Notes under the pieces: generated by a model
The model's input: the letters and a program-made list of their open reading frames with translations, nothing else
Told to the model about the DNA's origin: nothing
Databases searched by the model: none
Translations under genes and position numbers: made by a program
DNA from: Antechinus flavipes
Taxonomy: Eukaryota
Length of the DNA stretch: 64,000 nt
Assembly (NCBI RefSeq): GCF_016432865.1
Contig: NC_067402.1
Coordinates: 104,470,001-104,534,000 of the forward strand
Direction of reading: 5' to 3'
Shown here: one piece after another, positions 1-12,700 of the stretch
Layout of the letters: each line of letters opens with the position of its first letter
Numbering within the stretch: the stretch's first letter is position 1

Positions 1-209
1 TATAAGAATTTACTTTCTTTTCAATTTGATGCATTGTTCTACAACATAGTATTGTTTTAAACTCTAACCCAGATTTTGAGATACATCCCATTTCTAAGTG
101 CAGGTAAAAGCAACCTAGCAGGCAGGTGTAATTGGTAACGAAGTACCATCAACAAGATCATTTAAATTCCTTTCCTTGCAAATTCTAATCGTGTTTGTAC
201 GTTCCAGTT

Positions 210-400
210 AGCCTAGGGGTTCTTAAGAAGACTATATGGACCTCTTAATCCATAAATAGTGCATGAATTTAGACAGAAAAAAATCCTTATTTAAATATAA
301 TTGATTTCTTCCTTGTATTTTATTTTATACATTTAAAAACACAATTCTGAGTCAGAGTCTCTAGGTTTCACTAGCATGCCTCCACAATAAGAAAAAAAAA
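210..400 (-). mobile_element. hAT/Charlie (MER-type) DNA transposon remnant
   Basis: tgtattttattttatacatttaaaaacacaattctgag...ggtttcactag is the reverse complement of the copy at about 36620-36780. Family recognised from memory. Confidence 0.55.
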
Positions 401-712
401 AAACAAGTTCTTCATAAGAAGAGTGGCTTATTTATATTTTTTAGAACATTCTTAATAATAATCTGTGCTGATACTTAGAATTTACTTAAGTTTGTTTAAT
501 ATAATTGCTATTTTATGTCAGAAATGCAGTCTGGGGTGAGGGCGCACACATTTTGGCAACATATTCTTAAGTAGCAGTAAGCAGGAATCACAAAAATGTC
601 CTAAAAAAGCATTTCATCAGCATTAGCCTCTACTTCCTTCTTCTATTTTAGAGAAGAAAGGTTAAAGTGACATTTTAGATTGTGATTTAAATATTTTCTC
701 TCACCTCCATAG

Positions 713-784
713 ATGGTGTTTTTTGGCTACATGGTGTTCAGCATCGTATTTGGCCTCTTAGCTGACAGATATGGCCGCTGGAAG
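713..784 (+). CDS. SVOPL: SVOPL coding exon A (probably exon 5): MVFFGYMVFSIVFGLLADRYGRWK
   Basis: Acceptor ctcacctccatag|ATG, donor AAG|gtatgt; 72 nt, phase 0-0; contains MFS motif A (GLLADRYGR). Not in the ORF track. Confidence 0.95.
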
Positions 785-3700
785 GTATGTTGAGTATGGT
801 TACCTAATGTAGAGTTTTTTGGTTTTCATTATCTTTTTTAAAAAATTATTTTATTACTTGCAATGAAGAGAGCTATCTGCATCCAGAGAGAGGAATATGG
901 GGACTGAATATGGATCACAACACAGTATTTTCTCCTTTTATTGTTGTTGTTGTTTACTTGCTTGTTTTTTTTCCCCTCATTTTTTTCTCTTTTGATCTGA
1001 TTTTTTTATGCAGCATAACAAATAGGGAACTATTTAAAAGAATTGGACAGCTAGGAGGTGCAGTAGAAAGAGCACTGACCCTAAAGTCAAAAAGACCTGA
1101 GTTAAATCCAGCCTCAGACACTTAACACTTACAAGCTGTGTGGCTTTGGGCAAGTCACTTTAACCCCAAGTGCTCAAAAGAATAAAAAAAAAATTCACAT
1201 GTTTAACCTATATTGGATTACTTGCTATCTTGTTGCGGGGCGGGGGAAGGGGGGAGGAAGCATGAGAAAAAAATTAGAGCACTATGTTTTGGAAGGGTGA
1301 ATGTTATTGAAAACTATCTCTGCATGTATTAAAAATAAGAAGTTATCATCTAAAAATTATTTTGTTTTCAGTTCCAAATTTTTCTCTTCCCCACTATCTG
1401 CATCCATTGAGAAGGCCAAAAAAACAACATTACAAATATATATAATTATACAAAACAAATTTCTATCTTAGCTATGTCCATCAAAAAGAAAAAGAAAAAG
1501 AAGTAAATACACTGCAGTCTGCACTCTGAGTCCATCAGTACTTTATCTGGAGGAGTTTCATTATGAGTCTTTTGAAATTGTGGTTGGTCATTACACTGAT
1601 CCGTTATTAAAGTTTTCAGAGTTTTTATCTTTATAGTATTGCTGTTGCTGTAGATATTGTTCTGGTTCTGCTGACTTCACTTTGTATCCATTCACATAAG
1701 TTTTTCAAGGTTTTTCTTAAAGCATCTCTTTCATCATTTCATACAGCACAATAGTATTCCACCATGTTCATATAGCATAACTTTTTCAGTCATCCCTGTA
1801 GACTGGCTTTTCTTTGGTTTTCAATTCATTACTACCACCACAAAAAACTGCTATAAATATAGTTGTACTTATTTCCTCTTTTTTTATTCTCTTTGGAGTA
1901 TAAACCTAATAGCAATGTTGCTAAATCAAAAAATATAATTAGTTTAATAGTTTGGGGCATAGTTCCTTATTGCTTTCCAGAATGGAAACAGACCCATCAA
2001 CAATGCACTCGTATGACTATTTCCCCACATTCCCCACAGCATTCATGACCGATCTCATGAGTATGAGGTCATACCTCAATTGTTGTCATTTGCTTTTTGA
2101 AAAATTAAAAAACACTTTCCCTCCCAATCACATATAAAAATAAAATTTAAGATTTGGCTTTTTTTTTTTAAGTTTGAGTTTTAAATTCATCCTTCTCTCT
2201 CTTTCCTCCCTTCTCCCTAAGGCAGTAGGCAATATGATATAGGTTATACATGTTGCAATCATGTAAAAATATTTCCATATTAATCATTTTATGCAAGAAG
2301 ACTTGAACAAAACAGAAAAAAGAAAAAATAAAGTGAAAAATTCTGTGCTTCAGTCTGTATTCAAATAACATTAATTCTTTGGAGGTGGTATGCCTGTTCC
2401 ATCGTGAATCGTCACGGATCACTGTATTACTGAGAATAATTGTCAGATGATCACGAACCACTACTTATTCAATCATTCTCCTATTAATGAGCATCCCCTC
2501 AATTTCCAATTTTTTGTAACCAAAAAAGAGCTGTTTTTGTACAAATAGGTTCTCCCAGAATGTTGAATTAGTTCACAACTACACCAATAATGCCTTAATG
2601 TCCCAGCTTTCCCACATTCTCTCCAATATTTATCATTTTCCATTTTTGCCACATCTGATATCTCACCTCAGATAAACCATATTTTTTCTACTTAATGGTA
2701 TTTTATTATTTTTAAAATCATATGTAAAAATGGTTTTCAACGTTCATCTTTGTAAGATTTTGACTCCAAATTTTTCTCCCTTCTCTTTTCTCCCCAAGAC
2801 AGTGACTAATCTGATATAGGTTTACATATGCAATTATGTTAAACATAATACTGCAATCATCATGTGAAAGAAGACTCAGAATAAAAGGGGAAAACCCTGA
2901 GAAAAGGGGGTGGGGAAGGAGAAATTTATATTTTGATCTGCATTTGTTCTCCATAGTTTTCTCTGACTGTGAAGAGCATTTTCTGTTATCAGTCTTTTGG
3001 AATTGTTTTAGATCACTGAATTGTTGAGAAATAAATCTATCCAAGTATATCATCTGCACAAGGCTGCTGTTGCTATGTACAATGTTCTCCTAGTTCTCCT
3101 CACTTCAACTCTGTATTAGTTCATGTAAATCTTTCCAGACTTTTGGAAATCTTCCAGCTCATCATTACATATAGCACAATAATATTCCATCATATTCATA
3201 AACCACAGCTTGTTCAGACATTCCCCAAATGACAGGCATCACTTCGTTTTCCAATTCTTTGCTACCAGAGAAAGCTCTATTGTAAATATTTTTGAACATA
3301 CGGGTCCTTTTCCCTCTTTAATGATGTTTGAGATATGGACCTAGTAGCGATTTTGCTAGATCAAAAGGTGTGCAGTTTTATAGCCCATTGGGCATAGTTC
3401 CAAATTGCTCTTCAGAATGTAAAACATATATTTTTTGAGGTGATTCAGAGGTATGCTGTTACATTCTTAGCTTGATAAAGTTGGAAACATTAAATAGTCT
3501 CTGCCAGGTCTCCCTCCTGGAACTTCCCTTTTCTCACTTTTGTGGCTTAATTACAATTACTGAGGAAACAGATCGAAATATCTGAGGAAACAAAAGTTTG
3601 AGCTTCCAAGCATAACTATTTATTAAGCAATGCATTTTAATTGCATAACAAGTAGGACCAAGCCTCCTTAACTTGGCATTGAGCTTGAATGCACTAGATT

Positions 3701-6700
3701 ACAGATTCTATGCATTAAAAGAAAAGAATGAATAGAATGTAAACCATGATACAAGTTTAGGTAATCTGATTTCTAATTGAAGAAATATGATGGATTTTTT
3801 CCAAGTTGGGAAGGAGAGAGAGTGAGTTTTGGTTGAGTTGGGAGGGGACATGTGGGTTTCAAGATATTGCCTTTCCCAGAATTCAGAGATATGATTAATT
3901 GCTTCCACTTGTATTTTACAAAACATCTACAAATAGATGACTTATGCCATTAATTTTCCTTGAATGATTTAACAGAAAAACAAGATAGAGATTAGTTACA
4001 TGAGGTAACACAAGATAAAGTTCAGTGTTCATGAGATGGAATCCAATTGTTTCTCTCAATTTTCACACCAACCAATTCAATTTTGTAACTTACCTTCACT
4101 TTGTTTCTTCAAATGAAGATTCCTATCTTCTCTGATAATGGTTCTTTTTAGCTCTGACATTTTTTTTTTTTTTTTGAGGCAGTTGGGGTTAAGTGACTTT
4201 CCCAGGGTTACACAGCTAAGAAGTGTTAAGTATATGAGTTCAGATTTGGCCTTGGGTCCTCCTGACTTCAGAGCTGGTGCTCTGTCTACTGCATCACCTA
4301 GCTGCCCCTCTGATGGTTCTTTTTAATGTACCTTTCCGCACTCCTCATGCCTACCCTGCTCCAGGCTAAGACTGAACAACTTCCTTCTATTTTTTTTTCC
4401 TAAAAGAAAGGGTTTTTGTTGTTGTTGTTGTTTTGTTTTTTAAACTCTCTAACTATAAATCTTCTCTCTTTCACTTTTGCATAATCTGCTGCCCTGGTAG
4501 TCATGGGCTTTACAGACTCCGTGAGTATATTTTTTAAGGGGGGAAGAAGTTAGGGGAAAGGAGATATGATGCAAACATGTGATTACATTAAAGTGAGGAA
4601 CTCTTGGTCTAGAAACTCTCCACTGATGCTCAGCTGTAAAATGAGGAGCTAGGAAAAATGTCATTTCCATTTATGAGGCTAGATTAGCAATTTTAGTCTT
4701 TATTGCTTGTAGCATTATAAGGTTGTGACGTCATAATCATATAGCCAATATATGTCAGAGAAAGGGCTTGAATTTAAGTTATCCTGATTCCACAGTTGAC
4801 TTTTTTTTTCCATTATGTCATATTGCCTCTCTAGGGGCTGGCTGGGTATTCAAAAAGAGAACATTTATTGAATTGTCAAGCTTTGAGGTGTCCATGTTCT
4901 CATGGATTAGAATCATAGTTTAAGTAAAGATTAAAATTTGGTATTTTAAGATTCGCAAAACACTTTTTATATCTGTCATTGATATAAAGTATAATCTTTG
5001 TGGTTTCTCATCCCATGAAATTTTTGTCTGTATCCTTAAGTCCATCACTGATGTCCTATCCAACATGCTAAATGTTTTCTTCCTAAGTTTTTTTTTTTAG
5101 TAATTTAAGATTACCAAACAACCAAAGCTACTAAGTTATCTTTTATTTTTACCAATTACTGGACCACCTGACTTCTTTCTTTAACTGTATTTTTTATTCA
5201 TCTTTTTCTAGCATACAAGTCTTTATTAGGAATATGTATCAGATTATGTACATGTCGTACATTTTCCTCCCTTGCTCTTTGTCATTAACAATTTCACATC
5301 ATGATGTTCCATGTTTTGTAATGGTAGCAACATCACAAGATTATTTATATTGAAAAAGGTGGACTTTTGTGTGAGAAAGTCACCTACGATCATTGAAAAC
5401 ATTATACATTTTTTGACAATAAACCATTCTCATTTTTCTTTTATTTGATTTGGGATATGGGTCTTATTTATCTGCAGTGGCTATCCAAGCTTTGTCTTAC
5501 TGGCTTAAAACACAGTTGGATGGGAAGCCTATTGAGTTATGACAACTGTGAATCTGGACAATGTGTTTTTGTCCACTTGTTTTTTCCTCTGTGGATTACT
5601 AGGGAGTCCTATAGTATCTCTAGTAAGAGAGTTTGATGTCAATATGAAAGATATCATTTTAAAGTAAGAGCATGTTGAGAGTCTTGATATTGTAAATCAG
5701 AAATCCTTTTGTATTTCAATTTTGTCCAGGCTATCTTCCATAGCAGTGTATACTTTGAACTATCTGCCTCTGTCTTATCTCAAGCTCAATCTTGATAATC
5801 AGAGAACCATTAAACATTGTTTCTGTCATTCTATCAAATATGAAATCTTGTAAGGTCTTAATATGTACATAAAAACTTTGTTGGAGAAAAGCCTCAGAGG
5901 CTATATTTTGCTCTATATAATCAAATGCTTTTTCTTAATGAAGAGAAAATTCTATATTCTTTTTGCCTCTTAGTCATTTAAGTGTGGCTGCAAAATCTGT
6001 CCTGCCATATAAAATTGTAAAATTCTATCATATCTTTTAGAATATTTCATAAAGAACACCCTTGATAAGATTTTGCAAAGGTGAATATAAAGAGCTACCT
6101 TTGCATGTATTTGGAAAAATAAAATGCTGTTTTAAAAAATCAGTGAAATGTCAGTCTGAAGCTTTGTATTCCCTGATTACTTGACATGGAATCAAATCAT
6201 TTTCTAACTGCTTGTACCTGAAAATTACAAGACTCCTTGAAAATTACATACTCCTACTTTTGGGAGGAATAAGATGCAAGGGTCAACTTCTTTTGCTAAT
6301 GTAGACCTACCTGATTTTTCTTTATTTTATTACAAAAATTATCTATAAAATTTGGCTCCATTTTCTGGTCATTGCTGATCGCCAGTGATCAGTCCATCAA
6401 CACCTTGATATCTTGCCATACTTTCAATAAAATCCTTTAAAAAAAAAAAACAGAATACTTTGACAGAAGTAAATTCTATTCACACAAATTTTATTGAGAT
6501 GAGAAGCTATAGGTTGAGAGTTTCTAATGATTTCTTTTAATTTAAGATTTATGAATCAAGGTAAGCTAGATGTGATCAAACAGGAAATGGAATGATTAAG
6601 TATCAATATCTTTGGTGTCAGTAGAATTAAGTGAAGAGGAATGGGTGAATTTAATTTAGGTGATCATTACCTATATATCACTTGGGCAAGAATCCTTTGG

Positions 6701-9700
6701 AAGAAATGGAGTAATTCGGTCAATAAAGCGGTAAGAAAAGAAGTACTGAGCTATAATTTCAAAAATAACAGAACATCTATTTGAATTTACATTGTAATAT
6801 AGTGTTATTCTTTTTTTGGTAGCAGTTTTTGCTTGGCAAGGAGATTATTAACATTGAGGAATCAATATTTTTACATTTGTCTGTTTCCCATTTTTAGAAT
6901 TAGTAACTTGTTTGAACAAATCCAATTGCAGCTGTTATCATCTTTTTGTATTTTTATCCTTTCCCCCCCAAATTAATAATGATTTCAATCTTTTCTCTAG
7001 CTCATCTAGGATCTGATTATACACAGGTAAAGTAATTCAAAAATGGCTCCCATGTGGTAATCGGTCACCTCTTCTTTATTAGGACTTGATCTATTTCATT
7101 GTCATGGTGTTCAGTGCTTATGACAAGTATCTTCAAACTCTTCTTAGAGAAAATATTGATGATATGCTTGTGAGACTTATAAATAATTTATAAACCTTTA
7201 CCGTCTTTCATTATTTAATCTTGAAGCATATTTTCCAACTTATTTTTTACCATTCTCTTGGCTGGCCATCTTTGCAATGAAGTCCAAGAATATCAAGATT
7301 GGGAGGACTTTGTGAAGTTTCCTGTAGTATTTCTCTGCTTCCTTATTTTCTTAAACAAGTATTGGCACATAAGTTTCAATTATTTTCATGGTAATATTTT
7401 GGCTTACATTTATCTTAAGCTCTATAATGCAAGATGACCAAATATTGAATGCAACAACTCCTTTATTTGTCTCTTTGTGGAAGACCTTGGATAATCCTTC
7501 CATTTATGTGCAACTTCTTATTGTTTCCTTAATTTCATTTTTAGTGAGATTGTAAAATGAATGTGGTTTACTTCCTCCAACGAAGGAGTCACTGGACAAA
7601 GATGTCACATTTCGATTGCCAGCAGTTGTGTTACTTTTTGTAGATGGTTTAAAAATAATGTGATTTTTGCATACTCTGTCCTTTCAGCACTGCACAGAAG
7701 TAAAAAGAGTTTCCTATTGAATAGAGGGCTATTTTGTATTTCTTAAAATGTATTTTGAGGAGGACCATAGCCAAAGAATTTATAACCTGGAAGCCATGTA
7801 TTGGTAATAAATCTCTCCCCATTCAATATTGGGACCCTACTTAGAGTTTGTGCTATATTTGCCCAAACCTTTAAAAACTCACAATATTATATAGTTAGTA
7901 ATACTTTACGAAAACTCTGGGTTCTTGCTAACTTTACCTATAGAGTATAAGCTCTGACAGTTTTCTAAAAGAATCAGAATATAAAGTTGATAATGGATTA
8001 TGTGACTGGTAGCCAAGTACCAGAAAGTCAAGCTTATGTTCTTGGAACATAGGAAGATTGCCAGTAGATGGAAATTTTTTCCCCACAGCAATTAATAAAG
8101 ATTGTTAATGAAAAGGTTAAGAGTTTATGATCATCTATGGGAGAACTAGCTACATAATGCTTAGCTGGAATATGATGAAACTGTGATTATACTGAATTAA
8201 GAGGTGTTACCATCATTATTTGATCCGCTAAGATATTAGAGGCTGGATAGGTTTAATGAAGAGAGACTGGGAGAAAGAGGTCTTCTGGATTTTAGCTTTG
8301 GATCTACAATTAATTTGTTCAGTGATGATGGATCATGTCACTTGTCTCTGGTGAATCATTTCACTTTTATAGTCCAATTTCTCACATTTAAAAAGACAGT
8401 TAAACTAGAGCTCTCTGGGGTCCTTTACAATGGAAATTTCTATACCAAATCCCTGCTTCTCTGAAAACATCCAGATGTTAAACATTCTATACACAGTCAG
8501 GAAATGAATTTTTACATCTGGATCAAGTCTACTAATAATTTTCTTGTTTGTTTCTTTATGTTTTGCCTTCAGATTTTGCTGATCTCTTTCCTCTGGGGGG
8601 CATATTTTTCTCTCTTGACCTCTTTTTCCCCATCATACATCTGGTTTGTCTTTCTGCGAACTATGGTGGGCTGTGGTGTATCAGGACACGCACAAGGGTA
8701 AATATTTTACTTTTACCACATCAGGTAAAATGTCCATTTGTAAACATGCTAGTGTTAATGATTCTCAGCAATGACTGAGTTGATTAATTCTGCCTTGAAT
8801 TTTTTTTTGTTGCAGATTTCAATTTTTTTTGTTTTTCTAATTTTGTTTTGCAGATTTCAAATTGCCTTTTTTAAAAGGAAAAATTAATGATAATGGCCCA
8901 TAACCATGTAGCAGAGGAGAATAATTGTCCTAAAAGAAATGTAGCTTAGACCATATTTAAGTGGTCTGAACATCACAAATTCTGATCTTCTTGAAAAACT
9001 GTCCCACCATCATCAGTGGAAGTGCTATATATGATTGACCCACAGATACTTGCAATCCTTAAACTCATGGTTTGCTAGTTCCAACTCCTACCAGCTCTTC
9101 AGAGCCAATTGTCACATTTTGAGTGTGTGCATTTTACACCTTGGAAATTGGTAAATGATACAAAGCAGGGCTTGATTTATTGTTTTATTGATTCCCTGGA
9201 CTCAATTAGGTAGTGGAGAAATAGTTAATAGTGCAATTAAATCTAAGTATATTGTGCATTTTCAGAGATTTAGTTGTTAAATATCTACCATCACACCTTT
9301 GTTTCAAGTTCTATTATGATATTATTATTCATTATTACAACATGATGCTTATAGCCTGGACTAGAGATTAGACTTGAGTACTTTTCCCATCTTTCCCTTT
9401 TTACTATCTGTGTGGCCTTGAACAAGTCAGTGAAATGCTGACTTTTCCATTTCCTCATTCTTTAAATAAGTATAACTACCTTATGTGTCTCACAATATTG
9501 TTATATAAATGTAGAGTAATGAGTTTGTTTTTAATAATATCATCTTCGTTTATCAATAACATTGAAGTTGAATCTTTTAATTGAACAATAACATTGAGAA
9601 CAAAAGTTATCAAGAAGTAGATTGCTTGACTTGAGAAATTTTACTTCTCTACTCTATACAATAGTCAGTATTATGACATGTAACAATTATTGATATATTA

Positions 9701-12700
9701 ACAATTGATATAGCAACAATTTTGCTATGTTATATATGTTTTGATTTCTCTGGGGTTTTATAGCTCCTTTTGTAGAAAAAAACTGAAAAACCGGAATTTG
9801 ATGAATACAAAATCTTTCTTTTTATTTTCTCTTTTTAGACTCATCATAAAAACAGAATTTTTGCCTACAAAATACAGAGGTTATATGCTACCCTTATCTC
9901 AGGTAAGGTTAAGTAGAAATTCTGTGGAAATTGAAGGCAGGAAATACCTTCTTGAGTGGGGACTTGTTACAATTTTGTCTTTGTATGCTCTGTGCTTAGC
10001 TCAATGCTTGGTGAGGTGTACAGTAAATGCTTAATAAATAAACTTACTTCACATAATTGTGGGATTTTATCATCTTAACAAAGAATCACAGAGACCATAT
10101 ATCTCAGTCCATACCTCAAGCATAGATCCTTTGATATAAAGTGAAGAGATATATAAATTGCTTACATAAAGTAAAAAGTGACTGGCATAGCATTCTTGTT
10201 TTTAAAGTCATAGAAATACTTTATTTGGTCAAGGAATAACAACTGATATATTTTAAATACAAATTAAAATCAAAAGTTTGATTTTTTTTAATCTTAAACT
10301 TGCCAAAGAAAAATATGGTTGAGAAGAAATGAGAAATAATTACTATTCAACATAAATTATATTATGCTAATCATGGAAGTTATTTTCTAGCTGACAAATG
10401 AATTTTAAAATCTGATTCATACTATTTCTTTGATAATGTGTTTATTAAACTAAAATTTTACTTATTTTCCTATTTTTTTCTGTATTAATATCATTTCTCA
10501 ACATTCTATTCCCACAAATACATCCCACCTCCCTTTATAATATAGAAATACATTTAAGCAAAGCAGATTGACTCAATGGCTATATCTGACAGTCTATTCC
10601 TCATGGGGGAATCAGGAAAACCTGAGTTTAAATCCAGCCTCAAATACTTATCAATTGTGTGATACTGAATATGTCATTTGATTTTTGTATGCCTTAGTTT
10701 CTTTATGTGTAAAATGGGGACAATAGTAGCAGTTTACCTTTCAGGGTTGTTGTAAGGAGCAAACAAAAGGAGGTATTCATAGCTTACCTCCTCTCTATTG
10801 AAAATAAGAACTATTTTAAATCCTCTGGAATCATAATTGGTCATTGCACTGCTCTGTTTTGATTTTTTAAAATATTGTTTTTCTTTTCATTATTGTAGCC
10901 ATTATCCACTTTGTTTTTTTTGTTCCTATTTACTCAGTTTAGTCAAGTCTTCTTAGACTTCTCTGAATTCTTCCTCTTCACCATTTCATGAAACACATTT
11001 TAAACTATTTATATGCTACACTTTCTTTGGCAGCCCCCAGTCAATGTGCACCTACTTTGTTTCTACAAGTTTTTTGGGGGAATGTGTTTTTTTTTAACTT
11101 CTAAAATAAAAGTGCCACTGTAATTATTCCTGAATATAACATATTTCTCTGCATTTGGAGAATGTTAGGAGGTACAGTGGAGAGCTTTGGAGTCAGGAAA
11201 ACCTGAGTTTAAATCCAGCCTCAAATACTTATCAATTGTGTGATACTGAATATGTCATTTGATTTTTGTATGCCTTAGTTTCTTTATGTGTAAAATGGGG
11301 ACAATAGTAGCAGCTACCTTTCAGGGTTGTTGTAAGGAGCAAAAAAAAGATAAATGTAAAGCACTTAGAATAGTATCTGATACCTAGATGCTGTATAAAT
11401 GTTTTTAAATTATTTTTTTTTACATTTTTATAACTTTATTTTTCTAAATATGTGAAAAGATAGTTTTCAACATTTATCTTTATAAAATGTTCCAATTTTT
11501 TTCCCTTCCTTCTTCCTATCCCTTCCCACAGAGAGCAAAGCAATTCAATATAAGTTAAACATGCACAATTCCTCTAAACATCTTTCCATATTCATCATGT
11601 TGCACAAGAAAAATCATATCAAAAGGTGAAAGAAAAAAATGAGGGAAAAACTCAAAGCAAACAATAACAAAAGGTGAAAATATTATGCTTTGATCCACAT
11701 TCCGTATCCATAATTCTCTTTCTGGTTATAGATGGTTCTTTCCATCACAAATCTATTGGAATTGCCTTGAATCACCTTATTGTTGAAAAGATCCAAATCC
11801 ATCACACTTGATCATTATATAATCTTGTTGCCATATACAATGTTCTCTTGATTAATTTCACTTCACTTAGCATCAGTTCATATAAGTCTCTTCAGGGTTT
11901 TCTGACATCAGCCTGCTCATCATTTCTTATAGGATAATAATATTCCATAACATTCATATACCATAATTTATTCAGTCATTCCCCCAACTAATAATCATCC
12001 ACTCAATGTCCAGTTCCTTGCTTCTACAAAAAGGGTTGCTATAAACATTTTTGCACATGTGTGGCTTCTCTTTTAAAAAATCTCTTTGAGATATGGACCC
12101 ATTAGAGATACTACTGGATCAAAGAGTAGGCATAGCTTGATAGCCCATTGGGCATTGATCCAAATTGTTCTCCAAAGTGGCTGGATCAATTCACAACTTC
12201 ATCAACAATGCATTAGTGTTTCAGTTTTCTCACATCCCCCCAAACATTTATCATTATCTTTTTCTATCATCTTAATCTGAGAGTAATCCCTTAGAGTTGT
12301 CTTAATTTACATTTCTCTGATCAATAGTGATTTAGAGCTTTTTATCATATGACTAGAAATGACTTGTATTGGACTACCTGCCATCTAAAGGAGGGGATTG
12401 GGAGGAGGGGAAAAGTTTGAACAGAAGGTTTTGCAAAGGTTAATGTTGAAAAATTACCTGTGCATATGTTTTGTAATAAAAAGCTATAGTAAAAATAAAA
12501 ATAATAAAAAAAGAAATGACTAATTTCTTCATTTGAAAATTGTAATTTCAAAGGGTTATCAAGCTGTGCATACTCTTTGATCCAGCATTATTTCTACTGG
12601 GCTTATATCCTAAAGAGATCTTCAAGGAGGGAAAGGGGCCCACCATGAGCAAAAAGAAAAAAAGGGGTTTGTGGCAGCCCTTTTTGTAGTGGCAAGAAAT

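Noticed and set aside
713-715. ATG at the first base of exon A as a possible gene start
   Set aside because: It directly follows a good splice acceptor, and the known protein has about 90 further N-terminal residues, so the gene starts upstream of the window.
1236-1258. G-rich run with quadruplex potential
   Set aside because: It is the ordinary polypurine tract of an L1 3' end, present in many copies.
3418-4010. Possible antisense solo LTR
   Set aside because: TG/CA-like ends and a minus-strand AATAAA are present, but there is no TSD or TATA and the boundaries are ambiguous.
8793-8860. Two repeated acceptor-like motifs (ttttg(t)tgcagatttcaa) after exon B
   Set aside because: This is a short local duplication with no matching donor and no coding continuity.
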